A stretch of DNA of 64,000 nucleotides from contig JAXHNJ010000002.1 in assembly GCA_034520665.1 (NCBI GenBank), positions 608,660-672,659 of the forward strand, read 5' to 3'. Source of the stretch: Patescibacteria group bacterium. GTDB taxonomy: Bacteria; Patescibacteriota; Patescibacteriia; JAXHNJ01. Of the stretch, positions 1 to 8,286 are shown in pieces. Every line of letters begins with the position of its first letter. Position 1 is the first letter of the stretch. The notes under the pieces were generated by a model, which saw only the letters and a list, made by a program, of their open reading frames with translations, had not been told where the DNA came from and did not search any database. A program made the translations under genes and the position numbers.

Positions 1-415
1 TTTTAATATATTCTTCAAAATGTGGTTTTTTTTGGTAAAATCTATCAGTATAATTTTTGGCGCACTCTTCAATTGAATGGCAAATGGGCTGATTTTCCTC
101 ATAGGATTGATCAATAGTTATATTAATATAAGAAAAATAATTATTTTCATCAATTATTTCTTCTTTGTCTTTTGGCAGTAGTCTTAGTTGTACTAATAAA
201 TTATCATCAATTTCCCAGTCTTTTTCGGGATATTTAAAGCTAAAATTACCAAAATCGGATTTATAAGTTAATAAATTTTGCTCTTCTGTAATATTTGTAT
301 TATTGTTTTCTTCTTTAATTGGTCGGTAATAAATATATCCAATGATAACAATGCCAATTAAAAGAATTGCTACTATGAGCAGTAATACTATTTGTTTGTT
401 ACTTTTTTCCTTCAT
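1..415 (-). CDS. Membrane-anchored hypothetical protein (PsbP-like start), 3' end beyond window
   Basis: ATG at 415 gives MKEKSNKQIVLLLIVAILLIGIVIIGYIYY... then 'TYKSDFGNFSFKYPEKDWEI'; frame open to window edge; extended -10 TGTTATAAT upstream. Confidence 0.65.
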   Translation of the reverse strand, partial: MKEKSNKQIVLLLIVAILLIGIVIIGYIYYRPIKEENNNTNITEEQNLLTYKSDFGNFSFKYPEKDWEIDDNLLVQLRLLPKDKEEIIDENNYFSYINITIDQSYEENQPICHSIEECAKNYTDRFYQKKPHFEEYIK

Positions 416-475
416 AGGTTTATTATAACAAAAGACCGTCTTTGTAGCGATTTTTAATTTATATTTTATATTTTA

Positions 476-757
476 CTAAATATTGTAATAGTACAGAGTA
501 ATTAAGATAATAATTAATAAAATAATGGAAAGCCAAATTCTCCGAATTTTTAATAAATTTTTAAAATCTTTTTTGCTTTTCTTTTTTGCTTTATAAATGC
601 TATAAATAAACCCTATAACTGAACCTATTAATAAACTATTCCAATAAAGAGACATTCGCCCCCATTTTGTACATTGATAATAGCCTAAGGTTATAATAAA
701 AAGAATAGGCACCATTTGAGCCAGTAAATTTGATTTTTTGTATTCTGTATTGTTCAT
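476..757 (-). CDS. Small membrane protein (3 TM)
   Basis: 93-aa ORF with three hydrophobic segments. Confidence 0.55.
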   Translation of the reverse strand: MNNTEYKKSNLLAQMVPILFIITLGYYQCTKWGRMSLYWNSLLIGSVIGFIYSIYKAKKKSKKDFKNLLKIRRIWLSIILLIIILITLYYYNI

Positions 758-809
758 TTTTATTTATAAATAAAGAAAGTAGTTTTTATAATTTTATTTA
801 TTTAATTCT

Positions 810-1070
810 TTAATAATTTTTTAGAGGTCTATTATCACATATATTATGTTCACAAAATGCTTCTTGTGACAAAGATGGTTTGCATAACGTTTTATCTGTT
901 TTTTCTTTTATTTTTTTCATCTCATTATTATACCAATCTGCATATTTAACATTAATAGAATGTGCATCATAGATAGTACCCTGGGTGATATCACCATAGA
1001 CTACAGTGCAGTCTGAATCTTTTTGGCAACTATACAAATTATAAGGCAGGTTAGCTCTGTCAATTAACAT
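810..1070 (-). CDS. Small Cys-rich protein, possibly N-truncated
   Basis: CxxDSDC...C...CxxxxC motif resembling the C-terminus of the 1532-2830 protein. Confidence 0.5.
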   Translation of the reverse strand: MLIDRANLPYNLYSCQKDSDCTVVYGDITQGTIYDAHSINVKYADWYNNEMKKIKEKTDKTLCKPSLSQEAFCEHNICDNRPLKNY

Positions 1071-1123
1071 TTTCCCCCAGTCTCTTGTATATGTTATTTT
1101 ACCATTACTAATATAAAGAAAAG

Positions 1124-1513
1124 TTATTTTTTTTTATTTCTTTTTTTAATTATAATCAATATCATTAAAATTAGACCTAAGATAACGGCAGCCATAATAA
1201 CTCGTGACCAGAAATAATAAAAAGTATAATTAGAACCACTGTACCCGGGCCATAAACAGAACATACGCCAAACTGGCTTGCCTTTTAATTTAAGATTTAT
1301 TTTATTATATCCGGCTGGACATTTTACCTCACCCAATTCGCCTATTATTTGCCAGTCTTCAGGTACTTCATAAATTACACATTCATCGCCAGCAAAAAAT
1401 TCGGCACACTGTTTTGTATCACTATTAATTATGTATTGTTGTGGTATTGGCCCGGCTAAAGACATCTTTGGTAGTAACAGTAAGGTAAATAGAAATAATA
1501 ATATTTTTTTCAT
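1124..1513 (-). CDS. Secreted protein with C-terminal TM anchor and basic tail
   Basis: Signal peptide, Cys-containing core, hydrophobic helix + KKRNKKK. Confidence 0.65.
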   Translation of the reverse strand: MKKILLFLFTLLLLPKMSLAGPIPQQYIINSDTKQCAEFFAGDECVIYEVPEDWQIIGELGEVKCPAGYNKINLKLKGKPVWRMFCLWPGYSGSNYTFYYFWSRVIMAAVILGLILMILIIIKKRNKKK

Positions 1514-1531
1514 ATTTATATTAAAAATAGT

Positions 1532-2830
1532 TTAATTACAACTTCCTTCTGAATCAATTCTTTGGCACTGGTTATCAATACAGTCACATGCTTCTTTACC
1601 TGTTGTTAGACATTCCCATACATAATCTTGTGACTGAGGGTTATTGTTCCATTCTTCATTCCAGTCTTTATTAACGCAAGTAGCAAAACCTTCAGGATCA
1701 CGGCTTGATAATACACAATCTGATTTTGTAGTGCAATGATGTTGTTTATAATCTGAGAAATACACTCCAAACCATTGATCGCTAGAAGTTATGATTTGAG
1801 AATTAGTATCTTTTACATCAGCTTTAATAATAAATCTTCCTATCTCTAACGAATTATCTAAATTCAATGACAATTCTTTTTTATTACCTCCCTCAATATT
1901 AAATTTTTTACTTTTATAAATATCTATTTTATTATCTAGTTCATCTATATATTTTACATCTAGATAAATATTATTAATAGAATTTAAACCCAAATTTTTG
2001 AGTCCTACATCAACTACAATAGGCTCACCAATATTATATGTATCTTTGCTAGTGCTGAAATTATTAATAATTAAATTAGAATTTTGTTTACTGGTAACTT
2101 TAATTTGAGCTTTATTAACAATATAACTTTGTTTGATACTTGGATTATATCTCATCAAAGGTAAAAATACTTGATATAAAGTATTTTTTTTATCAATATT
2201 ATTTTCATTATCCTTAATAGATATATTTTTGGGATAATATTCATCTGTTGTTGGATAATCATTACATTCCCCACATCCATAAGATGTACAATTAATACAC
2301 GGTATAATATTATAATTATCGGTTGTTAAATTTTCTTGATAATCTATTAACTCACTTGATATTTTAGCCTCATTCGGTAATTTCATTGCCATAATTAGTA
2401 CAGGTAACATAGGTTTACAATCAGGGCAAGATTTAGTTATTTCTACATTTGTTATAACTGAATTGGCATTATAATTAAAAGAAGAAGGAGTTAAAACTTG
2501 AAGATATCCATTATATCTTTTTAGATTTTCTACTTCAGCGACATTATAATTATTAAAAGAAATATTAAAAAGATATGTAATTTGATTATTTTCTTCTTTT
2601 TTTGTTACATCAATACAATTATTTTTTTTACAAAATTCAATTCTACTATTTTTATTATTTATTTCCTGGTTATTTTTTAAATTAGATGAATTATTTTTTA
2701 TTTGATTTCGCGAACTGTCTTTTTGCCAAATAAAAAATCCAGCAGCAATAATTATAATTCCTATTATAGCACTAAGAGCAATTATTAAGGTTAATTTTTT
2801 GACTCCTTTTTGATTCTTAATAAATTTCAT
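1532..2830 (-). CDS. Membrane-anchored protein with peptidase C25 propeptide-like, CARDB/Ig-like and Cys-rich domains
   Basis: N-terminal TM; 'PMLPV..MKLP...YYP...LMRYNP..QSYIV.KAQIKV' resembles a gingipain propeptide; 'YNIGEPIVVDVGLKNLG' Ig-like; C-terminal CTTKSDC. Confidence 0.55.
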   Translation of the reverse strand: MKFIKNQKGVKKLTLIIALSAIIGIIIIAAGFFIWQKDSSRNQIKNNSSNLKNNQEINNKNSRIEFCKKNNCIDVTKKEENNQITYLFNISFNNYNVAEVENLKRYNGYLQVLTPSSFNYNANSVITNVEITKSCPDCKPMLPVLIMAMKLPNEAKISSELIDYQENLTTDNYNIIPCINCTSYGCGECNDYPTTDEYYPKNISIKDNENNIDKKNTLYQVFLPLMRYNPSIKQSYIVNKAQIKVTSKQNSNLIINNFSTSKDTYNIGEPIVVDVGLKNLGLNSINNIYLDVKYIDELDNKIDIYKSKKFNIEGGNKKELSLNLDNSLEIGRFIIKADVKDTNSQIITSSDQWFGVYFSDYKQHHCTTKSDCVLSSRDPEGFATCVNKDWNEEWNNNPQSQDYVWECLTTGKEACDCIDNQCQRIDSEGSCN

Positions 2831-2842
2831 ATTTTTTTACCC

Positions 2843-3163
2843 TTAATTCCGAAAATATTTACTATTTTTTATTATTTTTATCATAAATAAAGTTAACCAG
2901 GTTAATAAATAGGGTATTATTAATATAAAAATAAACTGTAAAATTGTTTTTAAAAAAATATTTTTTACACCTAATATATAAACGCTTCCTTCAGTATGCA
3001 TACAGGGTATTAATGACGGCTGGCATAATTTCCATTGACACCAATGGGTTGGTTCAAGAGTATTAGCATTAACTCCATACCAGCAGTCTTTTACCGGGGC
3101 ATAAGGTATAAGATTTAACAGGATAAAATAAATAGGATACAGAATTTTTTTATTTATCTTCAT
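2843..3163 (-). CDS. Small Cys-containing membrane protein
   Basis: 106-aa ORF with terminal hydrophobic helices. Confidence 0.55.
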   Translation of the reverse strand: MKINKKILYPIYFILLNLIPYAPVKDCWYGVNANTLEPTHWCQWKLCQPSLIPCMHTEGSVYILGVKNIFLKTILQFIFILIIPYLLTWLTLFMIKIIKNSKYFRN

Positions 3164-3324
3164 AATTTTAGTCTACCAAAAAACCGCTCTTAAGGCGATT
3201 TTGTTATTAAGTTAAAATAAGTTAAGACTGAGGTCCCAAGAGTGCGGTTGTTTCCCTGCTAAAAATAATATTTCTAACAGGGTTTTAATCCCGTGACGAA
3301 GTAAACTAATTTGACGTGTCGCGC

Positions 3325-3924
3325 TTAGCGCGATAAGGGTTCTTTGGGTTCAGTATGAATAATCTTATCTTTTTTTGACTTTTTTTTAAGAATTATGATC
3401 AATAATATTATTCCGGCTATTAATACTACTGCGATTGCTATTGTTAAGTATAAATTGCTAATAAGATAATAAGAATAATAATTATATAATAACTTATTTC
3501 CTTTCTTTATCTCGCCCAGTTGATTGCTCTCAAAAACGTTTGAGGTATATATGTCACCAACTGATAGCACGTTTTCATCTTCAGGTTCCCATATTTCATT
3601 ATGAAATTCATAATTTTTACCAATTTCTAAATTATTACATAACTCTCTTGATAGTTCGTTATTATAATTTTTTTTATCAATGAGCTTTGTGTCAAATTGC
3701 ATTAAATATTCGGCACCACCCAGAGGAACATAACCGTTATCTCCGCAAAAACCCTCGGGGTCCCAATCAAATGTTTTCTCGCACCAGTTGTATTTTTCCA
3801 CTTTTATTACTTCGCCCACTATCAAACAAGAATCCTCGTGTCTATAAGCAACACTTGATTCGGCAATGTTATATGAAAAAAGAAATATACAAACTGATAA
3901 TATAATAATTTTTGTGTATCTCAT
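3325..3924 (-). CDS. Secreted protein with C-terminal TM anchor
   Basis: Signal peptide; C-terminal hydrophobic helix + KKKSKK. Confidence 0.65.
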   Translation of the reverse strand: MRYTKIIILSVCIFLFSYNIAESSVAYRHEDSCLIVGEVIKVEKYNWCEKTFDWDPEGFCGDNGYVPLGGAEYLMQFDTKLIDKKNYNNELSRELCNNLEIGKNYEFHNEIWEPEDENVLSVGDIYTSNVFESNQLGEIKKGNKLLYNYYSYYLISNLYLTIAIAVVLIAGIILLIIILKKKSKKDKIIHTEPKEPLSR

Positions 3925-4007
3925 ATAATTATAATATCATAAAACTGCTCTTTTGTAAGGAAAGAGTTGTGGCCCCGTTATTCAACCGGGGTAAAGGGGT
4001 GGCTAGA

Positions 4008-4264
4008 TCCGCCTTCGTCTTTCTGCTAGGCGACTTTGGCGAACAAGGTATTTTATTATTTTTTTATATTTAAGGTCAATAAAACTCGCCATTAAATGTA
4101 TTAAAAAAGACGCAAAGGGGTGGCTAGAGGCCCCGCGGAGCGGGGCAAGGAATTTCAGCCAAAGGCAGATGCGCCTTTGGCGCAGAACCCTCGTCACCCC
4201 GCACCATGATTCATTTCATTCATCAGCTTAAGAGATAAAGCTCCCTTGTCATAGTTCGGGGCAA
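4008..4264. repeat. Cluster of short GC-rich palindromic elements and a tRNA 3'-end relic
   Basis: Elements at 4008-4047, 4130-4146, 4156-4185 (cagccaaaggcagatgcgcctttggcgcag) and 4243-4264; the 4156 element sits between TTC and GAACCCTCGTCACCCCGCACCA (ends 4206). Confidence 0.6.
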
Positions 4265-4320
4265 GCTGGTGCCACTTTGGTTTGTTAAAGAAAAAGATTT
4301 TTAATTTTGAGAGATTCAGA

Positions 4321-4395
4321 GGGGTGACCTACGGGAATCGAACCCGTATCACTGGTGCCACAGACCAGTGCACTAACCGTTGTGCTAAGGTCACC
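4321..4395 (-). tRNA. tRNA-His(GTG)
   Basis: GGTGACCTTAGCACAACGGTTAGTGCACTGGTCTGTGGCACCAGTGATACGGGTTCGATTCCCGTAGGTCACCCC: cloverleaf with G-1:C73 and GTG anticodon; ends CCT rather than CCA. Confidence 0.95.
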
Positions 4396-4469
4396 CCTCT
4401 GAATCACTTTATTATTATATATTTATAAAAAATATTATGATTATTTTTCAATCTTCTTTGGCAAGTAAG

Positions 4470-4621
4470 CCAATAACCACTGCTTGCCCTGAGCGGAGTC
4501 GAAGGGTGCTATAGCCATTCCTTTGCGTCCTATATTTATATATTTTTTAAAGAATTTATTAAAATGATGCACCCCGCCCGACTCGCTTCGCTGTTTTGAA
4601 GCGGGCCATTCCTTTGCGTCC
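4470..4621 (-). pseudogene. Two tRNA 5'-end relics (His-like) split by palindromic insertions
   Basis: ATGGCTATAGCA|cccttcgactccgctcagggcaag (4483-4506)|CAGTGGTTA; second copy of GGACGCAAAGGAATGG is followed by a palindrome at 4573-4605. Confidence 0.45.
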
Positions 4622-4628
4622 TGTTTTT

Positions 4629-5213
4629 TTAAATATTTGTTTTTCTTTCTTTATTTTTATAAATTTGCGAAATTTTTTTAGGAATTTCTTCTGGCAGATT
4701 ATTATGATCGGGATTATCTTTTTCATAAAGATTAGCTTCATATAAATCTTCGGCCAGGTTTCTCAAACCATACAAAACCGAAACCATGGCTTCGTTAAGA
4801 ATTTCCATACCTTCTTTATTTTCAACTTTAATATTAGCAGCGTCTTTTTCAATAGCTTCTGACTCTTCGGCTAGATTAATCAAAAAATTTTCAGTATTTT
4901 TTGCTTCCTCTTCTGGCAGAGTAGTTAAGTACGATCTTAATTTTTCAAATATCTGAGCAGTAATGTCTTTAAAAGTTTTACTTCTTTCAACTAATAATTT
5001 TTTATCTATAACTTCTTCAGTATTAAATTCTCTCTGGGCTATTCGGGAAATATCAGTATAGATTTTTATTAGTTCCTTAGCCTTGGGCTCCAATTTTTCA
5101 CTTTTTTCTTTAACAAAATTATAAAGCTCTTCATCTTTTTCATCAATTTTTTCCAGAGTATTTTCAACAGCTGATAATTGGTTTAAAAAATTTTCGGATG
5201 ATTTTTCTTTCAT
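4629..5213 (-). CDS. Hypothetical helical, Glu/Lys-rich protein
   Basis: ORF; ATG at 5213 preferred because the longer start lies inside tRNA sequence. Confidence 0.7.
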   Translation of the reverse strand: MKEKSSENFLNQLSAVENTLEKIDEKDEELYNFVKEKSEKLEPKAKELIKIYTDISRIAQREFNTEEVIDKKLLVERSKTFKDITAQIFEKLRSYLTTLPEEEAKNTENFLINLAEESEAIEKDAANIKVENKEGMEILNEAMVSVLYGLRNLAEDLYEANLYEKDNPDHNNLPEEIPKKISQIYKNKERKTNI

Positions 5214-5231
5214 ATAATTATTATTATTTTC

Positions 5232-5500
5232 TGGTGCCCCAGGCACGATTCGAACGTGCGACCTACTGCTTACCCGCCCGCCTGACTCGTCTGGTGTCCC
5301 CAGTAGGAATCGAACCTACATCTAGGGCTTAGAAGGCCCTCGTTCTATCCATTGAACTATAGGGACGTCAGGCGAGTCGGGCGGGGAAGGCCGCTGTCCC
5401 GCCTGCCTTCGCCTTTGGCGACCAGCCCGACTTCGTATCGACGAAGTCGATGCGGGCGGGAGCCAATGGCGGGCAGGTCTATCCGTTGAACTACAGGGGC
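5232..5500 (-). pseudogene. Interrupted tRNA-Arg(TCT) in three segments (5478-5500, 5386-5397, 5232-5272)
   Basis: Joined segments give a 76-nt cloverleaf GCCCCTGTAGTTCAACGGATAGA/ACAGCGGCCTTC/TAAGCAGTAGGTCGCACGTTCGAATCGTGCCTGGGGCACCA with one U-U (acceptor) and one G-A (anticodon stem) mismatch. Confidence 0.8.
5292..5366 (-). tRNA. tRNA-Arg(TCT), intact, nested inside the interrupted tRNA-Arg
   Basis: GTCCCTATAGTTCAATGGATAGAACGAGGGCCTTCTAAGCCCTAGATGTAGGTTCGATTCCTACTGGGGACACCA; all stems pair; CCA encoded. Confidence 0.95.
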
Positions 5501-5516
5501 GTAGGTAATGGCGGAA

Positions 5517-5568
5517 TATCGATTGCTTGTCCGCCGTAGCTTTAGGCGAAGACGGAAACTACAGGGAC
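5517..5568 (-). pseudogene. Third tRNA-Arg 5' relic split by a palindrome
   Basis: GTCCCTGTAGTT|31-nt palindromic insert (5526-5556)|CAATCGATA. Confidence 0.65.
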
Positions 5569-5581
5569 AAAAGTATAAATA

Positions 5582-5611
5582 AATCTAACATAAAAATTTG
5601 CTCTTTGTCAA
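5582..5611 (-). promoter_or_regulatory. sigma70 promoter for the tRNA-Arg locus
   Basis: TTGACA-18 nt-TAGATT with extended TG. Confidence 0.55.
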
Positions 5612-6306
5612 TGCTGACGAAATGATTCCGGGGTAATATTTTTGTTTATATTAGCCTTTTTTGTGTAGCGCTCGACCATTCTTTGAATGGAGCGGGCAGT
5701 TAAAGGGGGCAAGTCTTTTTTGGCGGCATGGTCATGACGAACAAATAAATATTTAGAATCATCTTTTCTTTTATCCAGATAATTTTTTAGAGCAAAAAGA
5801 GCTTGATTAGATAAATGAATTTTTTTATAAGCAAAATCATTTCTGGTCAAATTAGAAATTTCTGAAACTTTTAAATTAGTTGAGAGTAAAACTTCTAAAA
5901 GAGCCAGGTCGCGATATTTTATAATTAAGTGAGAGGACGTTTTTTTAACGGCTGAAAAGATTTGGTTGATTTCATTTTTTTCTAACAGCGGCTGATAGCT
6001 GGTTTGGTGTTTGAACAATTTTATTTCTTTATAATTAAGACTTTTAATATTATTTTTTTCTAAAAATTTTAAGAAATTACGCAGAGTGATTAAATAGTAA
6101 TTTTGCGTGTTTGTTAAATAGTTATTTTTTTCATGAGCTAAAAAGCCTTGGAACTTTCTTATAATAAGACGGTTTATTTCTTTGGGTCTTTTTACTTTGG
6201 TAATTTCTAGGAATTTTTCCAAACGTTGTTTATATTGATTAATAGTAGCGGAATAAATTCCTTTTTCTTTTAAATAATTTATGTATTGGTTAATATATTT
6301 ATCCAT
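5608..6306 (-). CDS. XerC/D-like tyrosine recombinase homologue lacking catalytic residues
   Basis: SAM-like N-domain, 'RDLALLEVLLST', 'LTARSIQRMVERY'; catalytic Arg replaced (STNLKVSE); ends at ITPESFRQH*, so no LGH motif or Tyr nucleophile. Confidence 0.8.
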   Translation of the reverse strand: MDKYINQYINYLKEKGIYSATINQYKQRLEKFLEITKVKRPKEINRLIIRKFQGFLAHEKNNYLTNTQNYYLITLRNFLKFLEKNNIKSLNYKEIKLFKHQTSYQPLLEKNEINQIFSAVKKTSSHLIIKYRDLALLEVLLSTNLKVSEISNLTRNDFAYKKIHLSNQALFALKNYLDKRKDDSKYLFVRHDHAAKKDLPPLTARSIQRMVERYTKKANINKNITPESFRQH

Positions 6307-6367
6307 ATTATATATTTTACGACACTTTTTTGTTTTAAGCAAAGCTAAATTAGTGAAGTAATTTTTA

Positions 6368-6487
6368 TTGACAAAAAAAGCTTAATATGTTAGTTTTAAT
6401 TTACTAATTTTTATTAATAATTAAGTGCGTGTTCTTGGCTAAGGCCTGAAAATTAAATGGCCAAAGACCTTTGACTCGGAACGCGTG
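6368..6487 (+). promoter_or_regulatory. rpsO promoter and structured leader
   Basis: TTGACA at 6368; GCGTGTTC (6427-6434) pairs with GAACGCGT (6479-6486) next to the GGAG SD. Confidence 0.45.
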
Positions 6488-6500
6488 GAGAAAATGACTT

Positions 6501-6770
6501 ATGCCATTAAGCAAAACTAAAAAAGACCGGATTATTAAAAAATTTGCTACTCATAAAGATGACACCGGTTCATCGGAAGTGCAAATTGCTATTTTAACTG
6601 AAGAAATTAAAGAATTAACCCAGCATTTGCGTACTCATAAAAAAGATTTTTCCTCTCGCCGGGGGTTGCTCCGTAAAGTCGGACTGCGTCGCCGGCTTTT
6701 AAAGTATCTCAAAAAAGAGGATTCTAAAAGTTATGAGAGTTTAATTAAGAAACTTGGTTTGAAGAAGTAA
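6501..6770 (+). CDS. rpsO: 30S ribosomal protein S15
   Basis: [13 protein letters not shown]...[25 protein letters not shown]. Confidence 0.98.
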   Translation: MPLSKTKKDRIIKKFATHKDDTGSSEVQIAILTEEIKELTQHLRTHKKDFSSRRGLLRKVGLRRRLLKYLKKEDSKSYESLIKKLGLKK

Positions 6771-6897
6771 GTTTTTAAGATTTTATAAACTAATTGCTTT
6801 TGAAAAATCGTTGATTGGCAGAGGCTCTTGATTAATTAAGTATTTTATAATAACGTTTCAATGATTTTTACGAGCGAAAGCGATAGAACAAAAATAT

Positions 6898-7434
6898 ATG
6901 GAAAATATTGATCAGCGTGTTGGTTTGTTTGTTGATGTTTCTAACATGTACCATTCAGCCAAACACTTATATAAAAGTAAAGTTAATTTCGGGCGCATAT
7001 TAAAAGAGGCCGTTGGCCGGCGCAAATTAATCCGGGCTATTGCTTATGTTATTAAAGCTAAAAGTTTAGATGAAGAAAATTTTTTTGAGGCTTTGGCTAA
7101 ACAGGGCTTTGAAATAAAAGCTAAGGACTTGCAGATTTTTTTTGGCGGTCAGAAAAAAGGCGACTGGGATATTGGTCTGACTATTGATACTATTATTTTG
7201 GCTGATAAATTAGACACAGTAGTTTTAGTCACTGGTGACGGTGATTTTGCTGATCTAGTTAAATATTTAAAAATTAACAAGGGTTGTTTTGTTGAAATTA
7301 TGGCTTTTGGCGAATCCTGCTCTTCTAAACTCAAAGAAGAAGCCGATCGTTTTATTGATTTGTCAAAAGATAAAAGAAAATTTCTTTTATCAAACCGCTC
7401 AAGATCAAAAATAAAAAAAAGAAGGAGAAAATAA
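6898..7434 (+). CDS. NYN domain (LabA/DUF88) protein
   Basis: FVDVSN, KGDWDIGLTID, LVTGDGDFADL motifs. Confidence 0.9.
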   Translation: MENIDQRVGLFVDVSNMYHSAKHLYKSKVNFGRILKEAVGRRKLIRAIAYVIKAKSLDEENFFEALAKQGFEIKAKDLQIFFGGQKKGDWDIGLTIDTIILADKLDTVVLVTGDGDFADLVKYLKINKGCFVEIMAFGESCSSKLKEEADRFIDLSKDKRKFLLSNRSRSKIKKRRRK

Positions 7435-7435
7435 T

Positions 7436-8140
7436 ATGGCCGAAAAAATGCCCGAGCTGGGCAAAGAAGTGCCTTTACCAGAGGAAAAAAACAATTTAAA
7501 TCAAATTGAAATGCGTACTGAAAATGGAGTCGAACGTTTTTCTTTCGCGGCTGGTTTAAAAAGTCAGATGGAAGAAGCGGAAAATTTACCACCTTTAGAA
7601 TTTCAGGAAAATGAAGTGGCTCAAGCCAAAGATAAAGAAATATTGAATTTTGTTATTAATGAAACCCTGAAAAAAATTAAAAACAACAGTGAAATTAGAA
7701 AATTAAGAAAAAAGGTAATAGAAGAAGAAAATATAAATGTTTTAACTAAAACTGAAAGAAAAAAGATGGTTGAAGCTTTTGATAAAGCTCGTAATCAGGC
7801 CTTTGAAGCGGCTCAGAAAAAATTTGACCAAAAACTTTCATCCGAACATTTAAGAAAAATAAAAAAAGCCACGGTTAGTCAGCTTAATTATTCTCTGCGC
7901 CAGAAAATTATTGATGGGGGTGAGCCCAAATCTTGGATGCTACTGGAGCCAAAATTAAGAAAAGTTCACCTGATGGACAGAAAAACTCTAACCCGTTATT
8001 TACGTAACTCACTTAATAAGTCGGCTGACGTTAAATTTATTAAGCAGCAAGAAGAAGCTAATCAGGCTACTGATGAAATGACCGAAGCGCTGGAAGAAGT
8101 AGCCCCGGACGAAGAACTAAAAAAGGCGGCTAAAAAATAA
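7436..8140 (+). CDS. Hypothetical protein
   Basis: 234-aa ORF in operon context. Confidence 0.7.
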   Translation: MAEKMPELGKEVPLPEEKNNLNQIEMRTENGVERFSFAAGLKSQMEEAENLPPLEFQENEVAQAKDKEILNFVINETLKKIKNNSEIRKLRKKVIEEENINVLTKTERKKMVEAFDKARNQAFEAAQKKFDQKLSSEHLRKIKKATVSQLNYSLRQKIIDGGEPKSWMLLEPKLRKVHLMDRKTLTRYLRNSLNKSADVKFIKQQEEANQATDEMTEALEEVAPDEELKKAAKK

Positions 8141-8179
8141 TAATAGATAAATACTAATTAAAAACTAAAAAAATAATTA

Positions 8180-8263
8180 ACAGCTGAAAAGCAGACAAGT
8201 AGACTACCAGGAAATACCTTTATATCTTTATTTTCCGTAGTCTAAAGCCTGCTGTTCAGTTGT
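8180..8263 (+). promoter_or_regulatory. Long leader hairpin upstream of pnp (putative RNase III site)
   Basis: acagctgaa/ttcagttgt, gcag/ctgc, tagactac/gtagtcta and ggaaa/tttcc pairings. Confidence 0.55.
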
Positions 8264-8286
8264 CAAAACGAAAGGATTTTAAATTT

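Noticed and set aside
1-3924. Integron cassette array
   Set aside because: No recurring attC-like palindromes between genes, and the nearby recombinase lacks the IntI insertion and catalytic residues
4003-4197. 64-aa ORF (also 4559-4741 and 28399-28581)
   Set aside because: Translations of palindromic elements or non-coding structure
4105-4621. c-di-GMP-I riboswitch suggested by GACGCAAAG
   Set aside because: The preceding GGCAAAC/GNRA stem and the receptor stem are absent
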